Part shown: piece by piece, positions 53,164 through 64,000 of the stretch
Position numbering within the stretch: position 1 is the first letter of the stretch
How the letters are laid out: each line of letters begins with the position of its first letter
From: Bdellovibrionota bacterium
GTDB lineage: Bacteria; Bdellovibrionota; UBA1018; CAIPTA01; JAALKR01
DNA: 64,000 nt
Assembly (NCBI GenBank): GCA_965207455.1
Contig: CBDBMJ010000001.1
Location: 1,792,001-1,856,000 of the forward strand
Direction: 5' to 3'
Notes under the pieces: model-generated
Seen by the model: only the letters and a program-made list of their open reading frames with translations
Told to the model about the DNA's origin: nothing
Database searches by the model: none
Made by a program: the position numbers and the translations under genes

Positions 53164-54107
53164 ACCAAGCTCCAATAAAAGATCTGCTGGGAATTGAATC
53201 CTTGGACCTGGATACCATTCATTTATTTTTAGATCGTGGGCGAAAATATTTAAAAGCGATGAACTCTGGGCAAAAAAAATATGATCTTTTAAAAAATAAA
53301 ACGGTGGTGAATTTATTTTATGAACCCTCCACTCGCACCCGGAGTTCTTTTGAAATGGCAGCCAAGCGCCTTGGTGCGGATATTATTAATATTTCAGCCG
53401 ACGCTTCCTCCAGTGTGATTAAGGGAGAAAGTTTAGTGGACACAGCACAGACCCTTGCAGCCATGGATTTGGATTTCCTTGTTCTACGCCATGAATCTGC
53501 GGGAACGCCTCAGCTATTGGCGAAAAAATTGGCCATTCCCGTAATTAATGCAGGCGACGGTTTCCACGAACACCCCACCCAAGCCCTCCTCGATGCCCTC
53601 ACCATCCAAGAGCACTATAAAAGAATCGAGGGTCTACGGGTAACCATTGTGGGAGATATTGCCCACTCCAGGGTGGCTCGATCCAATATATATTTGTTAA
53701 AAAAATTAAATGCAAAGATAACGGTATGCGGTCCTCCCACCCTGCTCCCCTCCTGCATGGAAAAATTAGGTGTGGACGTGGAATATAATTTAGAGCCAGC
53801 TGTTCAAGATGCGGATGTGGTGATGATGCTTCGCTTACAATCCGAGCGACAAAATATAAACTATATGCCAAGAAACAAAGAATACCATCGCTTCTTTGGT
53901 CTCCACAAAGGTAGTGAAAAGTTTTTAAAAAAGTCTGCCATCATCATGCACCCTGGTCCCATCAATCGAGGTGTGGAAATTTCCCCCGAAATTGCCGACG
54001 GTGAAAACTCCGTAATCTTGCATCAAGTAAGTAATGGCGTGGCTGTGCGTATGGGTGTGCTGGACATACTCAACGAATTTTCCAACAAAAAAGAGGCAAG
54101 ATCATGA
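53160..54107 (+). CDS. pyrB: Aspartate carbamoyltransferase catalytic subunit
   Basis: FYEPSTRTRSSFE, HPTQALLD, HSRV, HPGPINRG. Confidence 0.98.
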   Translation: MNQAPIKDLLGIESLDLDTIHLFLDRGRKYLKAMNSGQKKYDLLKNKTVVNLFYEPSTRTRSSFEMAAKRLGADIINISADASSSVIKGESLVDTAQTLAAMDLDFLVLRHESAGTPQLLAKKLAIPVINAGDGFHEHPTQALLDALTIQEHYKRIEGLRVTIVGDIAHSRVARSNIYLLKKLNAKITVCGPPTLLPSCMEKLGVDVEYNLEPAVQDADVVMMLRLQSERQNINYMPRNKEYHRFFGLHKGSEKFLKKSAIIMHPGPINRGVEISPEIADGENSVILHQVSNGVAVRMGVLDILNEFSNKKEARS

Positions 54108-55375
54108 AAGATATACTCATCTCCAATGGTCACCTCATTGATCCTCTTATGGGCACAAGCACACCAGGCGACCTGCTTATTTCCAATGGCACTATCTCAG
54201 GTAAAGCTAAGCCGGGTGCTTTGAAAAAAACTAAATATCAAGTTTCCATCGACGCAAGCAACTGCATTGTATGCCCAGGGTTTATTGATCTCAATGCAAG
54301 GATGAGGGAACCGGGACCGGACTCCGTAGATTCCCTTAGTTCCAGTTCCTTAGCTGCAACCGCTGGTGGTTTTACTACTGTGGCTTGCATGCCAGACCCT
54401 CTCACCACTAACGATAATCCCACAGATTATTTTCTACGGCAAGCAATAGAGCAATCCTCCATTGAGCTTCTTCCCATCGGGCCCATCACCCAAGGATCTA
54501 GAGGAGAGCAATTAGCCGACATTGGTTCCATGCTATACGAAGGGATTGTGGCCATTGCCGATGACGGGCGACCTCTAATGAACGCCCACCTAATGCGAAA
54601 AGTTCTGGAATATACAAAATTATTTCCCGTACCTGTGTTTTCCTTTCCTCAGGATTTAAACTTAACTCGAAACGGAGTAATGGACGAGGGAGTGCAGTCC
54701 TATCGTTTGGGTTTGAGAGGAATTCCCTCCATTGCAGAAAAAATTCTAGTGGACCGGGACATATCCCTTGCCAAGCATACCAACAGTAGCCTTCATTTTT
54801 CTTCCATCAGTACCCGTGGTGCAGTGGAGTCCATTCGTCAGGCGAAAAAGCAGGGCATGCTTATAACAGCAGAAACCAACCCTCCTTACTTCACATTAAC
54901 CTCGGACGCTATTGCCTCCTATGATTCTCGCTACAAATGTTTTCCCCCACTTCGTGCAGAAAAACACCTTCTTGCCATTCAAGAAGCTTTAGGTGACGGC
55001 ACCTTGGACGCCATCAGTTCCATGCATACGCCAAGAAGTGCTGCCAGTAAGGATTTAGTTTTTGAGCACGCCTCCTACGGTATGATTTCTTTTGAAACCA
55101 CCCTTGCCCTCAGTTTGAATCTTGTTCGCAAAAATATTATCTCCATGGACCGCTTGGTTTCGCTCCTTTGCTGGGCGCCCGCTAAAATTCTTCGCTTGGA
55201 GGAAAAGGAATATGCTTCCTTAGAGGAAAAAACTAGAGCTAATATTACGGTTTTCGATCCCAATGCCTCCCACCCCCCTGTACATTCCTTGGCAAAAAAC
55301 ACACCCTTTCTTGGAACGAAATGTAAGGGAGCAGTAAAAGCCACTATTTTTAATGGGAAGCAAGTGTATGGTTAA
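54104..55375 (+). CDS. pyrC: Dihydroorotase-like protein, probably inactive PyrC'
   Basis: PGFIDLNARMREPG, GGFTTV; HxH motif and catalytic Asp missing. Confidence 0.88.
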   Translation: MKDILISNGHLIDPLMGTSTPGDLLISNGTISGKAKPGALKKTKYQVSIDASNCIVCPGFIDLNARMREPGPDSVDSLSSSSLAATAGGFTTVACMPDPLTTNDNPTDYFLRQAIEQSSIELLPIGPITQGSRGEQLADIGSMLYEGIVAIADDGRPLMNAHLMRKVLEYTKLFPVPVFSFPQDLNLTRNGVMDEGVQSYRLGLRGIPSIAEKILVDRDISLAKHTNSSLHFSSISTRGAVESIRQAKKQGMLITAETNPPYFTLTSDAIASYDSRYKCFPPLRAEKHLLAIQEALGDGTLDAISSMHTPRSAASKDLVFEHASYGMISFETTLALSLNLVRKNIISMDRLVSLLCWAPAKILRLEEKEYASLEEKTRANITVFDPNASHPPVHSLAKNTPFLGTKCKGAVKATIFNGKQVYG

Positions 55376-56540
55376 CGGGATAGACAACAAGCAACCTTCG
55401 GGCGCTTTGGTTTTAAGCGATGGAACGGTCTTTCCTGGTTATTCCTTTGGTGCTGTAAAAACAAGCCCTATTCTCGGAGAAGTGATTTTTAATACGGCCA
55501 TGTCCGGTTATCAGGAGATCATTACCGACCCTTCTTACTATGGGCAGTTTGTGGTGATGACCTATCCTCAGATTGGAAATTATGGAATAAACTTAGAGGA
55601 TTGTGAATCTCTTACCCCTTCCATTTCTGGACTGATCGTACATGATTATTCCGTCACTGCTTCCAACTGGCGCGCCAATCAGAGCCTAAAAGAATATTTG
55701 GAGAAAAATGAAATCCCTGCTCTTTGTAATGTGAACACAAGGGCACTTACTCAACACATCCGAGAAAAAGGCGCCATGGACGCTATACTTACCTTCCCTA
55801 GTCCTAAGACCTCAGAAATAAACACCCTTGTTTCTGAAATTCACGCTGCCACTCCCATGGACCAGCAAGACCTAGCAGCTAAGGTCACTTGCCCCAAACC
55901 CTATCGCTGGAAAACACCTCTAGATCAATGGCACCAACAATGGCGCCAACAACAACAAACAAAACAAGAAACAAAAAAGCCCTCTCCCCTAGTGGTGGTT
56001 CTTGATTTTGGGTGTAAGCAAAATATTTTACGCAATCTTTATTCCCGCGGCTGCAATGTACATGTGCTTCCAGCCCAATCCACTCCTGAGCAAATTCTTG
56101 CACTCAAGCCCAATGGGCTCCTCCTAAGTAACGGTCCCGGCAATCCAGCCGTGCTGGACTATGCTATACAAACCGTGCGTTCGCTCCTAGGAAAAATGCC
56201 TATCTTTGGTATTTGCATGGGTCACCAAATACTGGCCTCTGCCATAGGTGCCAAGACCTATAAAATGAAGTTTGGCCATCACGGTGTCAATCAACCCGTT
56301 CTTAATACGGAAACAGGAAGAATTTTTATCACTTCCCAAAATCACAGTTACGCTATTGAAGAAAAATCCATACCTAGTTTCGCAAAAGTTACTCAAATAA
56401 ACCTCAACGACAAAAGCATAGAAGGTATTAATATTCCAAAATACAACGCCTTTTCCGTACAGTACCACCCGGAAGCATCCCCCGGACCTAGGGACGGAAA
56501 TACACACTTCGATCATTTTTTAAATGCTATATCACAATAA
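55368..56540 (+). CDS. carA: Carbamoyl-phosphate synthase small subunit
   Basis: GYQEIITDPSY, SNGPGNP, GICMGHQ, QYHPEASPGP. Confidence 0.98.
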   Translation: MVNGIDNKQPSGALVLSDGTVFPGYSFGAVKTSPILGEVIFNTAMSGYQEIITDPSYYGQFVVMTYPQIGNYGINLEDCESLTPSISGLIVHDYSVTASNWRANQSLKEYLEKNEIPALCNVNTRALTQHIREKGAMDAILTFPSPKTSEINTLVSEIHAATPMDQQDLAAKVTCPKPYRWKTPLDQWHQQWRQQQQTKQETKKPSPLVVVLDFGCKQNILRNLYSRGCNVHVLPAQSTPEQILALKPNGLLLSNGPGNPAVLDYAIQTVRSLLGKMPIFGICMGHQILASAIGAKTYKMKFGHHGVNQPVLNTETGRIFITSQNHSYAIEEKSIPSFAKVTQINLNDKSIEGINIPKYNAFSVQYHPEASPGPRDGNTHFDHFLNAISQ

Positions 56541-56777
56541 ACGCTAGGGAATAAAAAAGGATTGATCTTTCTCGAAAAAACGGACGCTTTTATGGCGTGC
56601 ATTATAAATATAACTTGAGGGAGGGATATGTAATGAGAACAGAATCGCTTGGTAATCACAGTAAGCAACTTTTACGGTTACAAACTAAAAAAAGGTATGC
56701 AACAATAAGTGGTAGTGAATTTTCCGTTTGAGGAAATTTACCTTTGATAAGCGTATTAACAATTAGGAGAAAATATC

Positions 56778-56990
56778 ATGGCATATCGAGAGTACAAAAT
56801 TTTATATATTGCTGAAAGCGGACTTTCAACTATCTTCTTAGGTTCTGCGGGAATGCCAATTAAAAAAATGGAGTCTGTTCTCAACAGGGAAGCAGCCGAT
56901 GGCTGGAACTTGGCGTTTCAAGTGATCGAGCAAAAGCGTTTCCTGTTATTCTGGACGCGTGAAGCCGCAATAATCACTTTAGGGCGCTAA
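56778..56990 (+). CDS. DUF4177-like small protein
   Basis: EYK..E..LN..AADGW; AGGAG RBS. Confidence 0.75.
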   Translation: MAYREYKILYIAESGLSTIFLGSAGMPIKKMESVLNREAADGWNLAFQVIEQKRFLLFWTREAAIITLGR

Positions 56991-57005
56991 GCCTATTTAA
57001 CTAGC

Positions 57006-57497
57006 GTGAGGCATGCTGCTTATAAAAATCTGCATAATAAGGAGTCTAAAAACATTATATCCAAAGAAACAACACAAACCGAAGAAGAACGTATTCGCAA
57101 GCTCATCGGTCACTTACCTGATGAACAACGGCGTGCGCTCTACATAGAAATCGAAAAACAAATCAAAGATCCAGACACCTATGCTACCCTCGCTACTTGC
57201 TTCATTGTTGGCATACATCACTTTTATCTGAAGAAATGGCAACATGGACTAATCAACATAGCCATCTTTTCAACAGGTTTCACATTATTGATTATTGATT
57301 TGCTCGGAATCTATACGCCAAGTACAGATCAGAGTCCCTTCTTCTCCTTTTTAATTAGTTGGCAGCTAGGTCTAGTGCTAATTCTTGGACTTAGCCTCTC
57401 TGAATTATACGAGCTGTTTAGTTCGCAAAGCACCGTCGAGGATTACAATAATAAAATAATGGAAGCCATTTACAATGAGAAGAAAATCCTCTCATAA
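57006..57497 (+). CDS. TM2/NINE domain membrane protein
   Basis: KDPDTYA..GIHHFYL..W..GL. Confidence 0.8.
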   Translation: MRHAAYKNLHNKESKNIISKETTQTEEERIRKLIGHLPDEQRRALYIEIEKQIKDPDTYATLATCFIVGIHHFYLKKWQHGLINIAIFSTGFTLLIIDLLGIYTPSTDQSPFFSFLISWQLGLVLILGLSLSELYELFSSQSTVEDYNNKIMEAIYNEKKILS

Positions 57498-57892
57498 AGT
57501 CAACTCAATCTTCCAGAAACTAAATAATAGTAAAATTTCTATTGAGGTAAGTCACAGATTCTCTTAAGCCTCGCTGAAATCGATGCCTTATCGCCAGCAC
57601 TGCTGGTTAAAGTAAGCTCGGTATCGGTTGGTCCATTAGTATTGAAGAAAGGCTTATTAGTATTAGTAGTATCATGCGAATCTAGTGGTGCACTTTCGTG
57701 CTATCGGACATTCCTTCATGGCTGCTCTGTTTCTCCTATCCTCTCTTGTTGGCTTGACGATAATAAATTTCTACGCGATATCCGTTCGCATAAAGTCTAT
57801 GGATCATATAAAAAACGAGCAACTCTCCTATTTTTAATACGGAAACAGGAAAAATTCTTATTGATTCTTAAAAAAATGCTATAATAAAGTAA

Positions 57893-58318
57893 ATGCCAAA
57901 GAATGAAAAGGGTCAGATTGAAATCTTGCTAATTACAAGTTTCTTATTACTATCTGTTACTCATGTGGGAACAGTCTCACATCCCCCATACTTCCTATCA
58001 TTCTATCTTTTTTGCCTGGTCTATTCTGCAGTTGCTGCTATACTAGCATTTTTGATAGCCTTATTCTTCTCCACTGTTGTTCCTCCTTTTTCCTTGGCTG
58101 CCTTCTGCCTCTCCCTTTTAATGCTTATCTCCCCACTCACAGCTGCAGCAGCATTTGCCATGATTACAAGTGCGTTTTTTGACCAAAGCCCCTTATCTTT
58201 CTTCTCCGGTTTCTCTTGTTTGCTAATAATAAATTTCTACATGCTATCCAGAGCTATAAAATCCCGAGCACAAAAATCAGGAAAGATGGAACCGCCTCCT
58301 GTTCTTATACAGAAATAA
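57893..58318 (+). CDS. Membrane protein
   Basis: About four hydrophobic segments. Confidence 0.6.
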   Translation: MPKNEKGQIEILLITSFLLLSVTHVGTVSHPPYFLSFYLFCLVYSAVAAILAFLIALFFSTVVPPFSLAAFCLSLLMLISPLTAAAAFAMITSAFFDQSPLSFFSGFSCLLIINFYMLSRAIKSRAQKSGKMEPPPVLIQK

Positions 58319-58432
58319 GAAGAACTTTTATCAATACCCAAAAATCACGGTTGCGCTATTTAGGAAAACCCCTAGGCTTTTTGATCCATTTCCCAGATAC
58401 CATGCTACAATAGACGTTAAGGAGTAAAAAAA

Positions 58433-59077
58433 GTGGCAGCAACTTATCAGCACTATTTAGAGTCATTAACGGAAAACTACACCACTGGAGATTTCTACCG
58501 AGAGACCTATAACGCTAAACAAGAGTATTTCAGCGAATTCGGCGCCATTAGCGAAGACGAAGTGGATTTTGAAAATCAAATGGATATTTTTATGAGTTGG
58601 TATTTGTTCGATCGGAATCTATCCACATACGAATTATCTCCTGTAAAATTATTTTTTCACAAACAACAGGGCAAGCTCACCCCGGAGCAGCTCGTTTATT
58701 ATGAAAACCTCACAAAAACCGTTCATTCTATTTTTGAATTGACGAAAAAAAAAGAAGATCATCTTTTGCTCAAGGAGTTGGGAACCAAAAAGAAATTTAA
58801 AATAAAAGACCCGTTTTACCACAACAGCTTCTCAGTGAAGGATATTTTTGAGGCGCGAGTTATTCCCAACGAGGAATTCTTTTGCTTTGCCAATGGTTTT
58901 TGCCTCCATCCGTCGGAAGCAAAAGAATTCATCTCCGATAAGATTAAGAAAATTCGATACCAGGACACAAACCAGCGAGATAAATTCCTTTTACGCCTCA
59001 ACCACATGAAAATAAAGCATCTTCGCTATCCCCACATTGACGTGAAACATGTCTATACCCTAGACCCCTACTTCTAA
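58433..59077 (+). CDS. Hypothetical protein
   Basis: AAGGAG RBS with GTG start; WYLFDR, HSIFE, FCLHP. Confidence 0.8.
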   Translation: MAATYQHYLESLTENYTTGDFYRETYNAKQEYFSEFGAISEDEVDFENQMDIFMSWYLFDRNLSTYELSPVKLFFHKQQGKLTPEQLVYYENLTKTVHSIFELTKKKEDHLLLKELGTKKKFKIKDPFYHNSFSVKDIFEARVIPNEEFFCFANGFCLHPSEAKEFISDKIKKIRYQDTNQRDKFLLRLNHMKIKHLRYPHIDVKHVYTLDPYF

Positions 59078-59094
59078 ACAAACCAGAGAAAGCC

Positions 59095-59616
59095 TTGTTA
59101 AAATTTATAAAAAAGCATGGCTATATATTCACAATTATAACTTGTTTTGTCTCACTTGTCCTTAGCGAGTTAATAAAAATATCAAGCCTGGGGCGTGAGA
59201 AACCGATCTTAAATTTATTCTTCGAGCTCTGTTTGGCTCACTTAGTTATTTCTGCGATCTATGTGATGTTTGCCCTTGCAGTGGCGTTTATTGCAAGTAC
59301 CCTGCTGTTTGTAATAGACATGATACTAAAGCGATCCAATCCTGAAATACATCTTATGAAATTTTTTAGCCATCGTCCCTATTCTGCCACCCTTCCCCTT
59401 TCCATTGCAGTAACTCTGACTACATTTGTAGCAGTTCCAGATTCACTGTTACTGTATGATGCCTCCATATTGATACGATATCACCTGTCTAACTACGATC
59501 CGCTCACCATCTCTGGCCAACTTGCCTATATTTATTTTATAGTGCTGAATTCCTACATACTTTTCCTCTGCATAAAATTCTTGGACCGGCTAAAATCCCC
59601 TAATCACGAAGCCTAG
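59095..59616 (+). CDS. Membrane protein
   Basis: About four hydrophobic segments. Confidence 0.6.
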   Translation: MLKFIKKHGYIFTIITCFVSLVLSELIKISSLGREKPILNLFFELCLAHLVISAIYVMFALAVAFIASTLLFVIDMILKRSNPEIHLMKFFSHRPYSATLPLSIAVTLTTFVAVPDSLLLYDASILIRYHLSNYDPLTISGQLAYIYFIVLNSYILFLCIKFLDRLKSPNHEA

Positions 59617-60337
59617 CTCTTAAGAAATTCCTACCCGCTTCGTTTGCAATTTTGTAAATATTCCGTTCAAGCTTGGCAGGAAAATCAAATACGGAAAATC
59701 CCAACTTACACATCTTCACTTTCTTTTTTCCTTTTTCGACTGTAACTTCTCCCTTGAAAGCAACCTTTGCTTCCAGTAAAGCCTTCATCCCTTCCAAAGA
59801 AAACTTTACATCACTTAAACATTTTCCTTCCCAGTGTTTTTCCCCTTGACTCGTAGGGATCAATACGGAAAATCCAGCCAAGCTAATATCGAAGCAAGGG
59901 AAAACACTGGACGTGGGGCTGGTAAGCTGCACAGTGCACTTCATTTCCTTTGTGCACAGTACACGCAGACCTGCTCTTTTCTGTAGTTTATATATCGGCG
60001 GCTGAACAGCTAGGATTATATTTTGATCGGAAATGGAAAGTACTTTCGTATTTGCAAAAATAAGAATATTCTCCAATAAATACCTTAAATTTACTTGTTT
60101 CTTTGTTGTTCCGTTCACTCCTGCTAATAGCTTTTTTTGCGACGGATCGTTGGAGATTTTATTTAAATAGATTTTTCCTGTTTCGTCTACTTTTTCAGCC
60201 AATGCTTCAAAATAAATCTCTCTCTCAGAGACTTTGCAAAAAACAGTCAACTGGAGTTCCTCTATATAGCGAATATAACGTTTCCAAACCCTCTCATTAC
60301 TGATGGGTTCTAGGGTCTCTTCCTGTAATTTTATCAT
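59600..60337 (-). CDS. PilZ domain protein (YcgR-like layout)
   Basis: QKRAGLR (RxxxR) and DISLAG (DxSxxG); ATG just after the mreB stop. Confidence 0.85.
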   Translation of the reverse strand: MIKLQEETLEPISNERVWKRYIRYIEELQLTVFCKVSEREIYFEALAEKVDETGKIYLNKISNDPSQKKLLAGVNGTTKKQVNLRYLLENILIFANTKVLSISDQNIILAVQPPIYKLQKRAGLRVLCTKEMKCTVQLTSPTSSVFPCFDISLAGFSVLIPTSQGEKHWEGKCLSDVKFSLEGMKALLEAKVAFKGEVTVEKGKKKVKMCKLGFSVFDFPAKLERNIYKIANEAGRNFLRARLRD

Positions 60338-60339
60338 TA

Positions 60340-61374
<1,035 letters not shown>

Positions 61375-61402
61375 TTATCTACTCCTTATACCTGTTTTCC
61401 CT

Positions 61403-62242
61403 CTACCAACGGTAGTGGCGAATTTGCTCCCCTGCCTCTTGCACTTCGCTCATGGCCTGTATACCAATTTCGAGGTGCAAATTGGTATATTCCTGAAAAA
61501 CTTTTTTCCCGCTCATCTTAATGCCATTTTTCTGTAAAGGCAAATCGCTGACCAATAGAAGTGCTCCGTTAGCTACTTTACTGGCAAACCCAGCCACAAA
61601 GACAGCGGACGTTTCCATTTCAATGGCAATAACTCTCTGCATATACAGCTTTTTGACGAAGGAGTCATTAAATTCCCAAAACCGATAATCCGTAGTATGC
61701 ACCACGCCAGTGCGATAATCCAAGCCTTTTCGTACTAAAATTTCCGAAACAAACTTTTGAATCTTAAATGTGGGTAATGCGGGTACTTCTTTGGGCATAA
61801 AATGCTCCGTCACCCCTTCTCCTCGAATGGCCGCTGCGGGAATAATAAAATCCCCAATCTTTAGGGTTCGGTGGAGTCCTCCACACATTCCAAGCAGGAG
61901 CACTGCCTTCGGGGAAACAATGGAGAGTACCTCTATGATGAGCGCCGCTGTGGGTGCTCCAATATTGAAGTTAATAAGGCTCACGCCCCTTTTTTTACAA
62001 TGTACTACGCGCATGGCCGTACCCGATCGAACCACACCGCCCACTTTTTTCTCAAACTGCTCTAAATAATAGTTGAAGTTTGTTAAAAGGATACTGGGCT
62101 GAAAATCCTTAGCTGTGGAACCGGTGTATCGTTCCAAAATGGCATGGGCTATTTTTTGTTTCTCCGCATTGGAAAAAATGCGGTTTTGATGAAATCCTGG
62201 TGTTTTTTGCATGCTAATGTAACAAGATTGCACAAAGAACAT
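61403..62242 (-). CDS. amn: AMP nucleosidase (short form)
   Basis: LERYTG, ILLTNF, AIRGEG, PALP, R.WE, EMET, LLVSD; start may be 62212. Confidence 0.88.
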   Translation of the reverse strand: MFFVQSCYISMQKTPGFHQNRIFSNAEKQKIAHAILERYTGSTAKDFQPSILLTNFNYYLEQFEKKVGGVVRSGTAMRVVHCKKRGVSLINFNIGAPTAALIIEVLSIVSPKAVLLLGMCGGLHRTLKIGDFIIPAAAIRGEGVTEHFMPKEVPALPTFKIQKFVSEILVRKGLDYRTGVVHTTDYRFWEFNDSFVKKLYMQRVIAIEMETSAVFVAGFASKVANGALLLVSDLPLQKNGIKMSGKKVFQEYTNLHLEIGIQAMSEVQEAGEQIRHYRW

Positions 62243-62275
62243 AAAAGGGGTATGCTATGTGCAGTAATTTAATAA

Positions 62276-62830
62276 ATGGAACGATGGAATTATATGGATT
62301 TTGAAGAACAATTTTATTCCTACATGAAAGCCGACGAAGTGGAATGTCTCACGCAAACCCTTGCGGATCAGATAAACAAAGACTATGGAGTAAAGGATAG
62401 GTTGCTGTTAGTGGGCATGCTCAAGGGTTCCTTTATTGTGATGGCAGACTTGATACGAAAACTCCACTCAGACGTGCGAGTGGATTTTGTTCGCACCAAA
62501 AGCTACGGGAGAACCCTTACAAAGCCCGGCACAGTGGCGCTCCTCAAGGATATTTCTTCCGACCTGCACGATACCCACGTTCTTATCGTAGAGGAAGTGA
62601 CCGATAGTGGGCGAGCCCTAAAATTTTTATTCGACCGTATCGACTCTGCCCAGCCCAAGAGCCTCAAAGTACTTGTTCTGTTGGATAAGCGATCCAGTAG
62701 CACAACCGATGTACCCGTACACTATGTGGGAAAAGTTGTGGACGCTCCCTTTCTCGTGGGATACGGAATGGACTTAGAGGAAAAGTTCCGAAACCTCCCT
62801 GAGTTGTACGCCCTGAAATATCCCCAATAA
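62276..62830 (+). CDS. hpt: Hypoxanthine phosphoribosyltransferase
   Basis: LKGSF, VLIVEEVTDSG, LLDK, FLVGYGMD..FRNLP. Confidence 0.93.
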   Translation: MERWNYMDFEEQFYSYMKADEVECLTQTLADQINKDYGVKDRLLLVGMLKGSFIVMADLIRKLHSDVRVDFVRTKSYGRTLTKPGTVALLKDISSDLHDTHVLIVEEVTDSGRALKFLFDRIDSAQPKSLKVLVLLDKRSSSTTDVPVHYVGKVVDAPFLVGYGMDLEEKFRNLPELYALKYPQ

Positions 62831-62837
62831 TCGTATT

Positions 62838-63452
62838 CTACTGTTTTTTTCTTTCCAATTCTGGTTTTAAGATTCCAGCCTTGGCTAATTGTTTTTCCAG
62901 ACGAACACTTCCCGTCTGCACCCACATATTATAAACCTTTAAAAGCGACTTATTGTCTCCCCTTAAATTCATTTCAATACTCACCTGTCCCAGCACATCT
63001 ACCAAGGAATCAAACTTGTCTCCCAGTTCCTCGAAGAGTTCATTCTGAGAGGAATATTTCGGCGACTGGGCCACCATTCGATAAGCAGTTCTGCCCATGT
63101 TTATATAGTAGGAAATATCCACAACCTTACCCTTTAAGCTCTCATGAAAAAAACCAGCGATGTACAAAGAAAAGTCCCCCAGTTGTCGGAACTGTTCCTG
63201 ATCTATTTGTCCAAATTCATCGTTTAAGGCGTTTAGAAATCGTAGGGCTAGGGTAGTTTCCTCTTCCTTGTCTTCACTTTGACATTTAGGATATAAATTA
63301 TCTGTGGAAATAAAATGGGATAAAAGATTTGTTACATATGCTTCTGCTTGGTCTGAGGTTTCCACTTTAAGTTCACTGATCGCGCTGGAAACCGCTTGAT
63401 GGAAATACTCTTCTGGAGAGACAACTAACATTTCTGTAGACACTTTTTTCAC
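62838..63452 (-). CDS. Hypothetical protein
   Basis: RQLGDFSLYIAGFF..YYINMGRTAY; GGAGGG RBS with GTG start. Confidence 0.8.
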   Translation of the reverse strand: MKKVSTEMLVVSPEEYFHQAVSSAISELKVETSDQAEAYVTNLLSHFISTDNLYPKCQSEDKEEETTLALRFLNALNDEFGQIDQEQFRQLGDFSLYIAGFFHESLKGKVVDISYYINMGRTAYRMVAQSPKYSSQNELFEELGDKFDSLVDVLGQVSIEMNLRGDNKSLLKVYNMWVQTGSVRLEKQLAKAGILKPELERKKQ

Positions 63453-63557
63453 AAAGCCCTCCCCTTACTATAGTATAGCTATAGATTATTCCATAATAAA
63501 GCCCCCTTAACTTATTTAACAGTGTTTAACGAAATTAGACCTCAATTACGATACACT

Positions 63558-64000
63558 TTAACGGGAATGTGAGCGAACTCCCTCTGGGGAGTACCTGTCC
63601 GGGTTAAAGTATTCACTGAAATTTGCTCCTCCCAGTACAGAGACAAAGTCCTCAAAGTTAGTGTCTGTTACTGCGATAGCGCTTAATTCGCTGGGAATAT
63701 TGCTAGTGATTTCCTCGTTGTCTGCATTGAAATATTTGGTAGAACTGGGCGACGACTCCACGTCACAGGCTTTGCTTAGCTTATCTTCCGAGCTCCCCAC
63801 ATCACATATCTTCACAAACACAACAGAACCAATAGATTTCTTGGTGTAGGTCCGTATTGCTATAATGCTGTTTTTGTCACTTCCCCAATTAGCTGCCCAA
63901 ATAAAAGAAGAAATATAGTGCTCCGTGGTCACATCGTTTTCCAACTTTTCTTTAAATATTACTCTAGCGATATTTCTATCCGCAAAGGGCGAAGTGCTTT
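63558..64000 (-). CDS. 3' part of a hypothetical protein entering from the window edge
   Basis: Frame is open from the edge to the stop at 63558. Confidence 0.55.
   Translation of the reverse strand, partial: STSPFADRNIARVIFKEKLENDVTTEHYISSFIWAANWGSDKNSIIAIRTYTKKSIGSVVFVKICDVGSSEDKLSKACDVESSPSSTKYFNADNEEITSNIPSELSAIAVTDTNFEDFVSVLGGANFSEYFNPDRYSPEGVRSHSR

Noticed and set aside
57530..57720. Minus-strand relic of an Ig-like repeat (DTTNTNKPFF..TELTL)
   Set aside because: Too short and weak to support by eye

Overview
Bacterial chromosomal window, probably Bdellovibrionota or a relative (inferred from the Myxococcus/Bdellovibrio-type pilA-pilG-pilH-pilI-pilD operon). Bases ~45-64 kb are mostly housekeeping (arsM-like, mlaEFD, lepA-lepB-pyrB-pyrC'-carA, PilZ, mreB, amn, hpt). 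Bases 1-42 kb form a hypervariable defence-like region on both sides of a divergent LTA-synthase-like gene and type IV pilin operon. Cargo includes PIN-like, HEPN-like (DUF4145, DUF4209), RloC-like ATPase, IS66-disrupted Avs2-like, TIGR04255-HNH, restriction-modification, Ntn-fold and beta/sce7726 genes. No integrase is visible. Three signals are not explained by the gene list. (1) Cargo modules are separated by decayed copies of neighbouring native sequence: the ltaS 3' end plus a tiny GIY-YIG-like gene on the left, and pilI-pilD on the right. (2) A ~35-bp palindrome-containing motif precedes four right-arm modules. (3) The pil genes and relics carry a directional G->A / T->C substitution signature. 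Together these suggest an integrase-independent, anchor-duplicating cassette-capture hotspot at the pilus locus. All family calls and alignments were made by eye with no database search, and some frameshifts could be assembly errors.
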